Below are positions 57,404 to 64,000 of a stretch of DNA of 64,000 nt, piece by piece (positions within the stretch are counted from its first letter, which is position 1; each line of letters begins with the position of its first letter). Below the pieces are notes generated by a model that searched no databases, was not told the DNA's origin, and was given only the letters and a program-made list of their open reading frames with translations. The position numbers and the translations under genes were made by a program. The stretch comes from a bacterium. Lineage in GTDB: Bacteria; Bacillota; Clostridia; Christensenellales; DTU072. The stretch is from positions 3,402-67,401 of the forward strand of contig CAVIQK010000001.1 in assembly GCA_963644945.1 (NCBI GenBank), given 5' to 3'.

Positions 57404-58930
57404 TTATTGTTTGTTTTGTTTTTCCCATTTGATACGCTTCTTGTATTTTTTTCTAAGCGATCTATACGGAATAAGCATCAAAAGTAGGACAACCGTACCG
57501 ATAGCCGAAGCGATGGTTCCGGAGTTGCATACGAGCGAGAAGTTTCCGAGTATTCCGCCCATCTCTCCCATCATAGAATTGACATCTACGCTTTGACCGA
57601 GTTTTTCGGTTAGTTGTTGGAGAGTTTCGGGGTGAGAAATTACGAAGTTGATAAGGAAGGGTATGCCGACCAATACAACATAAGCAATCCAACCGATGTG
57701 TCTCGGGATGAATAGACCGACCGTCTTATTTTTGCAGAAGATTTTTACAAAGAGTTTTACAAGTAGATACAACCATGCTGCCGCCGTTACGACAAGTACG
57801 ATTGCAAGGATTTGTAATGCCATAAGAACAGATTCGATAGATTCTTCCGAACCTAGTTTAGACAAAAGGAAATCAGAAAGTGTTTCTTCAAGAGTCTTGC
57901 TTTCGGTTGTGTCTGTCGCCGTTCCGGAAGTGCTACCCGAAGATGTAGTTCCCGATTCTGCACCGGAAGCACCGTCCATTGTTGCATTTGTAGTGGGGTT
58001 AGATTGTTCGGATGTTGCACCGTCGTCACCGCTACCTTGATTTAGTGCGGAATTGAGAATGTTTGCAAGGAATGCGTCGAGATTGATTTCTCCTTTTGAG
58101 TCTTCAAGGTTCATCTCGGCAACGAGTTCCGTAACCATTTCTTCGACAGCATCATTGACTGCGCTTTTTGCATCGGCGATCAATTGAGTTTTTTTCGCTT
58201 GATCTGTTTCGTTCTTGATGTTCGCAAGGTCCGATCCCAAAAGTTCGGTCAAAACTCCGTTCGTATCGCCTTCGACTGCTGCGATGATTTTGTCGATAGA
58301 TTCATCGGCTATATTTTGTATTTCGCTGACAACGTTTTCGACTTTTGCATCTTTGTTGATGGCTTCCACGAGACTATCTATTTTTTCGTCGATAAAATCA
58401 TCGTTAAAACCTGCTGCGTTAAGAGCAGTATCAACCTTCACTTTGTCTTCTTCTGTGGCAAGTTCTTGGAACATGCTGTTTTTGGCTTGCATTACAGCGG
58501 TTTTTGCCGACACTTTTACAACGGTTGTTTTGAGTCCGTCAAGAGCAGGACGGAGACCGTCCATAATTACTCCGACTTGTTCGGTAATAAAATTTTCCAC
58601 CGTAGCCTTGGCGTCTTTTGACGTAAGGGCAGATATAAGTTCTTTTGACTGCAATTTGAGTTGCAAAGGAATGTTTACGGGGTCTTTATCAAGCGACGAT
58701 TTTAGATCGCTTACCGCTTGAGTCATAGTTTCGTCTTCGCCGAGAGATTCTTCTAGCCCAAGACTTTCTATAAGGTTCCCGTCCATTTTTAGAGTCGCAT
58801 CTATCGACCAAAACGGCATCAAAAACATCATTGCAATGGAAACGACCGCTATCAAAGCAATGATAATGTTCATAACAAGTGTGGCGGTTTTGCTTGGCTT
58901 CGCCGGCTCTACCATAGGTTTTTTGCTCAT
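57404..58930 (-). CDS. Membrane protein, unknown function (helical ectodomain, S/T/G-rich linker, C-terminal TM bundle)
   Basis: 508 aa. N-terminal TM segment, a helical region rich in D, E, K, A and L (about 260 aa), the linker SGDDGATSEQSNPTTNATMDGASGAESGTTSSGSTSGTATDTT, then about 4 TM segments. Confidence 0.5.
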   Translation of the reverse strand: MSKKPMVEPAKPSKTATLVMNIIIALIAVVSIAMMFLMPFWSIDATLKMDGNLIESLGLEESLGEDETMTQAVSDLKSSLDKDPVNIPLQLKLQSKELISALTSKDAKATVENFITEQVGVIMDGLRPALDGLKTTVVKVSAKTAVMQAKNSMFQELATEEDKVKVDTALNAAGFNDDFIDEKIDSLVEAINKDAKVENVVSEIQNIADESIDKIIAAVEGDTNGVLTELLGSDLANIKNETDQAKKTQLIADAKSAVNDAVEEMVTELVAEMNLEDSKGEINLDAFLANILNSALNQGSGDDGATSEQSNPTTNATMDGASGAESGTTSSGSTSGTATDTTESKTLEETLSDFLLSKLGSEESIESVLMALQILAIVLVVTAAAWLYLLVKLFVKIFCKNKTVGLFIPRHIGWIAYVVLVGIPFLINFVISHPETLQQLTEKLGQSVDVNSMMGEMGGILGNFSLVCNSGTIASAIGTVVLLLMLIPYRSLRKKYKKRIKWEKQNKQ

Positions 58931-59077
58931 TTGTTTTTCTCCTCTTAGAATGAAGTCCCTATTAAAAATAAGGTTGTATAAAATTATACAATAATAGTAA
59001 AATATAAGTCAATATCAAATTTTTGACATGTGGCGGAGCCTAGTCCGACAGAAATTGTTGCTCCTAGCATCCAAAAA

Positions 59078-59953
59078 CTAAAAAGTTTGGTGTTCTGCAA
59101 CCCAATCGCAAATAAAATTGGCGACATCCAAAGCCTTTTTATTGGCGAAGTCCTCGAACGGTACCAAAAGTCCTATCGTACGATAGCAATCGGGCGACAA
59201 AGGAAGGGTTTTGACATTTTGAGTTCTGCCTTTCACAAGAAGTTCCGGCGCAAGACATATTCCCATGTTGTTCTCGACCATCGCAAGCATTGCATAGTCG
59301 TCGGTTGTCATATATTTTACATTAGGTTTTATGCCGTACCGCTTAAAAATTTCACGAGAAACCGAGTCGGCATCCTCTTTTAGCGAAATAACATCTTCCG
59401 TTTCGAATCTAGAGATAGGCATTTTGTCCGAAAGTTCGTAGTTTTTAGGCACAACTGCCAAAATTCTGTCTTGACACAGCGGGAGACACTTGCCTTTTAC
59501 GTCGCAAGGGAGCGGAACAAATCCGAGATCCAAAGATCCGCTTTCGAGTTTTTCAAGCAATTCTCCTTCATCTCCGTCGGTAATTGAAAAGGTGATTTCG
59601 GGACGAATTTTCGAATATTCCTTAATAATGGACGGTAGCCAGTTGACTGCGACGGATGTAAAAGTCCCTATTCTTATGACGTTTGAATATCTTCCTTTGA
59701 TGCTTTCCGCAATATCGAATAGTCGTTTTTCCTCTTTGAGAACATCTTTCATAACAGGAAGTACCCTTGATCCTTCCGGAGTAAGAGATATCCCCGATTT
59801 TGTACGTTTCATCAGTGAAAAACCGAGTTCTTGTTCAAGCGATGCGATAAGATGAGTGACTGCCGATTGCGTAAGACCGAGAGCAATTCCGGCTTTTGAG
59901 ATGCTCCCTTCTTCTACAGAGGCGACAAAAGCCTTGTATTGTTTCATTCCCAT
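59078..59953 (-). CDS. LysR family transcriptional regulator
   Basis: 291 aa. HTH SISKAGIALGLTQSAVTHLIASLE. Confidence 0.8.
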   Translation of the reverse strand: MGMKQYKAFVASVEEGSISKAGIALGLTQSAVTHLIASLEQELGFSLMKRTKSGISLTPEGSRVLPVMKDVLKEEKRLFDIAESIKGRYSNVIRIGTFTSVAVNWLPSIIKEYSKIRPEITFSITDGDEGELLEKLESGSLDLGFVPLPCDVKGKCLPLCQDRILAVVPKNYELSDKMPISRFETEDVISLKEDADSVSREIFKRYGIKPNVKYMTTDDYAMLAMVENNMGICLAPELLVKGRTQNVKTLPLSPDCYRTIGLLVPFEDFANKKALDVANFICDWVAEHQTF

Positions 59954-60074
59954 AAAAAATACCCCATTTAATAAAATATCGAAGTTTTATATAAATTTTT
60001 CTAATACGATTATATCACCAATGTCAAATAATGCAAGTCTAAATTAAAAAAATAAAAAAATTTATAAAAAACTA

Positions 60075-60103
60075 TTGACACATACAAAAAAAATTTATAC
60101 AAT
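60075..60103 (+). promoter_or_regulatory. Near-consensus sigma-70 promoter with no ORF downstream
   Basis: TTGACA (60075-60080), 17-nt spacer, TACAAT (60098-60103). Confidence 0.55.
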
Positions 60104-60109
60104 ACTGAA

Positions 60110-60259
60110 AATTATCAAAGAATTGTATTAAATTTTTTAATATGAAGTTTGATAAGAGGGGAAAGCTCCATGCGGAAGCGTGGAGCAAAATAGATGAAAA
60201 CTCGGGCTAAAATTAGCATCCGAGCAAAGGGGGACGGCGACCTATTCGGTCGCCGTTTT
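60110..60259 (+). ncRNA. Candidate small structured RNA (unclassified), promoter-to-terminator unit of about 150 nt
   Basis: Hairpin GCTCCATGC-GGAA-GCGTGGAGC (GNRA loop). Second hairpin CTCGG...CCGAG. Terminator GGCGACC-TATTC-GGTCGCC plus GTTTT (60236-60259). Confidence 0.35.
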
Positions 60260-60361
60260 AGATTGTTATTAAAAAACATAATACATTATGCATCGATTTT
60301 TTGCATTAAAATAAGGAATTCCCCAAAAAATCAAAGAAAAAATTAAAATTTGTAAAAACAC

Positions 60362-60390
60362 TAGACAATTTTTTATTTTATATATATAAT
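60362..60390 (+). promoter_or_regulatory. Candidate rpsF operon promoter
   Basis: TAGACA, 17-nt spacer, TATAAT (60385-60390), about 80 nt upstream of the rpsF ATG. Confidence 0.45.
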
Positions 60391-60472
60391 ACGAGTACCC
60401 GTAAAAATGTAATAGCGGGATTCCTTGTCACTACGAAGGTAGCGACCAGAGACCAAAAGGAGGTAAAAAGTC

Positions 60473-60754
60473 ATGACAAAGTACAAAGTTCTGTTTATTA
60501 TTGAGAACAGTCTTGACGACGAGGCAAAAGAAGGATTGGTAGAAAAATTCTCCTCTCTTATTGTGGAACTCGGCGGCGCGGTAGAAACAGTTGACAAATG
60601 GGGCACAAGAAAATATGCCTATCCCATCGACTACAAGACCGAAGGATATTATGTCCTTATCAATTTCGAAGCCGACGAAACCGTTCCTGCCGAAATCGAC
60701 AGACAGATGAGAATCAATGACGGTATCGTTCGTCAAATGATCACAAAAGCGTAA
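60473..60754 (+). CDS. rpsF: 30S ribosomal protein S6
   Basis: 93 aa. KYKVLFII...WGTRKYAYPI. rpsF-ssb-rpsR order. Confidence 0.9.
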   Translation: MTKYKVLFIIENSLDDEAKEGLVEKFSSLIVELGGAVETVDKWGTRKYAYPIDYKTEGYYVLINFEADETVPAEIDRQMRINDGIVRQMITKA

Positions 60755-60766
60755 AAGGAGAAAGAA

Positions 60767-61198
60767 ATGAATTCAGTTATTCTAATAGGTAACTTGACCA
60801 GAGATCCTGAGACACAATCTACACAAAGCGGAGTGACCGTATGCAGATTCACGGTAGCCGTACAAAGAAGATTTGCTAATGCCGACGGCAACAGGGAAGC
60901 AGATTTTATTCCCGTAGTTGCATGGAGATCGCAAGCAGACAATTGCGCAAAATATCTCAAAAGAGGTAGCAAAGTTGCGGTAAGAGGTTCTCTCCAAACC
61001 CGTAATTATGATGCACAAGACGGTACCAAAAGATATGTCACCGAAGTTGTGGCAGACGAAGTCTCGTTTCTACAATCGAAATCTGCGGATCTAGATGAGT
61101 CAAAAGGTGGACTAGAAGATCTTCCCGAAGTTGCTGCAAAAAAAGTAGGACTTGGCGGAACAGTCAAACCTGTTGACGACACGGAGTTCCCGTTCTAA
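60767..61198 (+). CDS. ssb: Single-stranded DNA-binding protein
   Basis: 143 aa. MNSVILIGNLTRDPE OB-fold and the acidic tip DDTEFPF. Confidence 0.9.
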   Translation: MNSVILIGNLTRDPETQSTQSGVTVCRFTVAVQRRFANADGNREADFIPVVAWRSQADNCAKYLKRGSKVAVRGSLQTRNYDAQDGTKRYVTEVVADEVSFLQSKSADLDESKGGLEDLPEVAAKKVGLGGTVKPVDDTEFPF

Positions 61199-61216
61199 CA
61201 ATTTAGGAGAATTAAA

Positions 61217-61516
61217 ATGCAAAAAGAATTTGTAAAGGGCGAAAGCAAAGGCAAACGCGCCCCTAAAAAAAGAGTATGCCCCTTCTGTGCAGGTAAGGTA
61301 GAAGAAATCGACTACATCGCACTTGCAAAAGATATCGAAGCGTCCAGAGAAAGAACTTATGACAAAAACGGAGAAAAACGTCCTCGTTTTGTCACCGAAA
61401 AAGGCAAGATCATCCCCAGACGTATGAGCGGAGTATGTGTAAGACACCAAAAACTTCTCGCACAAGCAATCAAACGTGCAAGAATAATGGCGCTCCTTCC
61501 GTTCAAAGCCGAATAA
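61217..61516 (+). CDS. rpsR: 30S ribosomal protein S18 (with about 16-aa internal insertion)
   Basis: 99 aa. KKRVCPFC...EIDY...[15 protein letters not shown]...[13 protein letters not shown]. Confidence 0.85.
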   Translation: MQKEFVKGESKGKRAPKKRVCPFCAGKVEEIDYIALAKDIEASRERTYDKNGEKRPRFVTEKGKIIPRRMSGVCVRHQKLLAQAIKRARIMALLPFKAE

Positions 61517-61576
61517 GTTTAAGTCAAAGGAAAACAACTTTTTGTTTCCCGACTGTAACATCGGTCAATTGACAAT

Positions 61577-61606
61577 AAAAGGAGCGGAAACGCTCCTTTT
61601 AATTTT
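61577..61606 (+). terminator. Intrinsic terminator after rpsR
   Basis: AAAAGGAGCG-GAAA-CGCTCCTTTT. Confidence 0.7.
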
Positions 61607-61621
61607 ATTAAATTGTAAATT

Positions 61622-62302
61622 ATGAAAATTACTATCAATAAAAATACAATAGAAACCGACCAAACATCCTTAAAAATTCTACTAGAAGAAAGAGGTTTTG
61701 CCTTCCCTTGCAAAGCAAGAGGCGTATGCGGAAAATGTCGCATAAATTGCAAAGATCTTGCTCCTACAGATAGAGACAAGAGATTTTTGAGCAAAGAAGA
61801 AATCGAAGACGGTGTAAGACTTGCTTGCGACAAAATAGCGGTTGACGGACTAGAAATCACCGCAAAAATAGCCGAACAAGTCAAAATAACCGAGTGCGAC
61901 GGCTATGCCGTTATCGGTGACAACTTCGTCGAGGTGGGCATCGTCCAAGACTCTTTATGGGAAAGATCTGTGTTTGAAGGTGATTTTGCCGACAAAAAGT
62001 CGATAGAAAGTGTTATTGCTCACGGAACCCTTGATTTTCTCGAAAAATACGACGTAGCCAAGACCACGACTTTATATATAATAGGAAAGAAGAAAAAAGT
62101 CGAAACCCTTCTAGGCGACTCGTCCGAAGACGGATTTATATCCGACGGAGCGACGTTTAGACTACCTTCCGACGAAGTCAATGTTTTGCCGACAAGAGAA
62201 GAAGACGGCTCGGATTCGCTTATTATGAAAAAGTCCGGACTCTCTCTAGACGAAGCCGTTTTGAAAGTAATCAAAGATATCAGGTTTAGAGTAAAACTTT
62301 AA
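61622..62302 (+). CDS. [2Fe-2S] ferredoxin-domain protein with uncharacterised C-terminal region
   Basis: 226 aa. Cys pattern C-x5-C-x2-C-x29-C (CKARGVCGKC...LAC). Confidence 0.5.
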   Translation: MKITINKNTIETDQTSLKILLEERGFAFPCKARGVCGKCRINCKDLAPTDRDKRFLSKEEIEDGVRLACDKIAVDGLEITAKIAEQVKITECDGYAVIGDNFVEVGIVQDSLWERSVFEGDFADKKSIESVIAHGTLDFLEKYDVAKTTTLYIIGKKKKVETLLGDSSEDGFISDGATFRLPSDEVNVLPTREEDGSDSLIMKKSGLSLDEAVLKVIKDIRFRVKL

Positions 62303-62352
62303 GGACGAAAATCTATAAATTATTGAGAATTTTAAGTTGGAATTAAACTTTC

Positions 62353-62382
62353 TTGATTATATTTATAGAGATATGATATAAT
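62353..62382 (+). promoter_or_regulatory. Candidate ftsH promoter (extended -10)
   Basis: TTGATT, 18-nt spacer, TGATATAAT (62374-62382). Confidence 0.4.
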
Positions 62383-62424
62383 ACTACTCGCTATACAGTG
62401 ATTATTCACAAAATTGAGGTGTAA

Positions 62425-64000
62425 ATGAAATCAGCAAATTGGAGAACTATTCTCATAGTAATTATGATGTGCATATTGGTGGTTGTCGCCGCAGTGTTTC
62501 TTTTCAACAGAGACACGACGCCGTCAATATCTTACGATAAACTTTTGAAAGACGTTGCCGCAGGCAAAGTTTACGGAGTTTATTTTTACGATGATTACAA
62601 TGCCTACGTCTTATACAAAGAGATAGACGAAGAAATCGATTCCCAAATCGTTGCCAACAAAGACGGCAAAGTGGACGAATCTGTCGTAAAAGCATTTAGA
62701 AACGGCCAAACCGCAACATGTAAAGTCACCACCGACAACAGAAATCTATTCACCGATTGGCTAAAAGAAAGGTACGACCTAAGAGTCGAAAACGGCGCCC
62801 TCATAGGGAATATGCCCATACTTCTTCTAAATAACCCCAATTCCGGAGCCAATTGGAGCGTCATTTTGTCTTGGGTATCCCTTGGCATTTTGGTGGTGCT
62901 AGGTGCAATAATTTTGGTTGCAACCTTCAAAAATCGTTCGGGAAGTGGCAATGCCCTCAACTTCGGCAAAACCAAAGCCCGCCTTGCAACCCAAGTAAAA
63001 GTTAGATTTACCGATGTCGCCGGAGCCGAAGAAGAAAAAGAAGAACTCCAAGAAATAGTAGAGTTCTTGAAATCTCCCGCAAGATTTACATCTCTTGGTG
63101 CAAGAGTGCCTCACGGATGTCTTTTGGTAGGCCCTCCCGGAACAGGTAAAACCTTGTTCGCAAAAGCCGTCGCAGGCGAAGCCAATGTGCCGTTTTTCTC
63201 CATATCGGGATCCGATTTTGTCGAAATGTTCGTAGGTGTAGGCGCATCCAGAGTAAGAGATTTGTTCGCCCAAGCCAAGAAATGCGCTCCGTGTATCATC
63301 TTTATTGACGAAATAGACGCAGTAGGCAGACAAAGAGGAACAGGACTCGGCGGAGGCAACGACGAAAGAGAACAAACCCTCAACCAACTCCTTGTCGAAA
63401 TGGACGGATTTGAAACGACCGACAGCATAATCGTTATGGCTGCCACCAACAGAGTAGATATACTTGATCCCGCATTGCTCCGTCCGGGCAGATTTGACAG
63501 ACAAATATACATCAACGTTCCCGACGTAAAAGGCAGAGAAGAGATATTCAAAGTCCATGCCAAAAATAAACCCTTGTCCCCCAACATCGATTTTCGTGTG
63601 TTGGCAAGAATGACTTCGGGCTTTACGGGTGCAAATATCGCCAATCTCCTCAACGAAGCCGCAATTCTCGCTGCAAGAGATCATCGCTCCGTCATAGAGA
63701 TGAAAGACATTTTGGAAGGCATCAACAAGGTTATAGCCGGTCCGCAAAAGAAGTCGAGAGTCGTCACCGAAAGCGATAAACGTATCACCGCATATCACGA
63801 ATCGGGCCACGCTATCGTAGGTTATGCGATGAAATATTGCGACGATGTTCAAGAAGTATCCATTATATCGAGAGGCTCGGCGGCAGGTTATACATTGTCA
63901 AGACCTAAAAACGATGACAACCACGTAACCAAGAACAAACTCAACGACATGATATCCATGATGCTAGGCGGACGAGTTGCAGAAGAAATCGTAATAGAAG
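62425..64000 (+). CDS. ftsH: ATP-dependent zinc metalloprotease FtsH (partial; runs off right edge)
   Basis: Absent from the ORF track because it is edge-truncated. Manual translation gives two TM segments, [16 protein letters not shown], the [13 protein letters not shown] and the zinc motif HESGHA. Confidence 0.9.
   Translation, partial: MKSANWRTILIVIMMCILVVVAAVFLFNRDTTPSISYDKLLKDVAAGKVYGVYFYDDYNAYVLYKEIDEEIDSQIVANKDGKVDESVVKAFRNGQTATCKVTTDNRNLFTDWLKERYDLRVENGALIGNMPILLLNNPNSGANWSVILSWVSLGILVVLGAIILVATFKNRSGSGNALNFGKTKARLATQVKVRFTDVAGAEEEKEELQEIVEFLKSPARFTSLGARVPHGCLLVGPPGTGKTLFAKAVAGEANVPFFSISGSDFVEMFVGVGASRVRDLFAQAKKCAPCIIFIDEIDAVGRQRGTGLGGGNDEREQTLNQLLVEMDGFETTDSIIVMAATNRVDILDPALLRPGRFDRQIYINVPDVKGREEIFKVHAKNKPLSPNIDFRVLARMTSGFTGANIANLLNEAAILAARDHRSVIEMKDILEGINKVIAGPQKKSRVVTESDKRITAYHESGHAIVGYAMKYCDDVQEVSIISRGSAAGYTLSRPKNDDNHVTKNKLNDMISMMLGGRVAEEIVIE

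Noticed and set aside
60142-60195. 17-codon ORF (MKFDKRGKLHAEAWSKI) inside the sRNA candidate
   Set aside because: No Shine-Dalgarno is present (the upstream sequence is AAATTTTTTAAT), and it overlaps the strongest hairpin. Probably non-coding.
60150-60200. SRP (4.5S) RNA, suggested by the GGAA tetraloop followed by AGCA
   Set aside because: In SRP RNA the AGCA lies in a symmetric internal loop opposite AGG. Here those bases are fully Watson-Crick paired (GCTCC/GGAGC), and the conserved GUCAGGUCC 5' side is absent.
62899-63852. 317-aa minus-strand ORF in the supplied track
   Set aside because: It is entirely antisense to an unmistakable ftsH reading frame ([21 protein letters not shown]). 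The composition is Cys/Phe/Ser-rich and there are no recognisable motifs, so it is a shadow ORF.
1-64000. CRISPR arrays, tRNA/rRNA genes, IS elements, integrases, prophage or toxin-antitoxin/defence modules
   Set aside because: No direct-repeat/spacer periodicity, no cloverleaf-like or rRNA-like segments in the intergenic regions, and no transposase, integrase or phage-like proteins among the ORFs. The window looks like core chromosome.

Overview
This is a 64-kb chromosomal window from a low-GC, apparently strictly anaerobic Firmicutes/Clostridia-like bacterium. That placement is inferred from gene content only: gltX-mrnC-rlmB-sigH synteny, rpsF-ssb-rpsR, a PerR plus reverse-rubrerythrin pair, and [FeFe]-hydrogenases. 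I call about 59 protein genes. I recognised no rRNA, tRNA, CRISPR array, transposase, integrase or phage genes. Two edge-truncated genes are missing from the supplied ORF track and were found by manual translation: alaS at the left edge and ftsH at the right edge. LEFT (0-27 kb): alaS, apgM, guaB, a TM1266-like small regulator with a NitT/TauT-type ABC importer, uracil permease and upp, a GH112 phosphorylase cluster, a fused MacB-type ABC exporter, EamA, MATE and PiT transporters, and a GGDEF-EAL protein. CENTRE (28.0-48.5 kb): a 20-gene co-directional string whose largest intergenic gap is 48 nt. It starts with rex and contains a putative H2-sensing HydS/PP2C module and a group-B-like [FeFe]-hydrogenase. 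It also carries every step of a PEP-to-succinate branch: pckA, an LDH-fold enzyme with the MDH-type Arg, fumC, an anchor-less FrdAB pair and an AAE-family exporter. The frdBA genes are packed directly against hdrBCA-mvhD-flx-type genes. I interpret this as a candidate soluble, quinone-independent and possibly electron-bifurcating NADH:fumarate reductase; it is the top finding. RIGHT (48.5-64 kb): housekeeping genes (M20 dipeptidase, radC, gltX, mrnC, rlmB, sigH-like, Ppx/GppA, S1C protease, perR-rbr, rpsF-ssb-rpsR, ftsH), plus an orphan promoter-to-terminator small-RNA candidate. Two other genes or operons are preceded by an intrinsic terminator lying just before their ribosome-binding site, which suggests unclassified attenuators or riboswitches. 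All functional calls rest on motif recognition by eye; no database search was possible.
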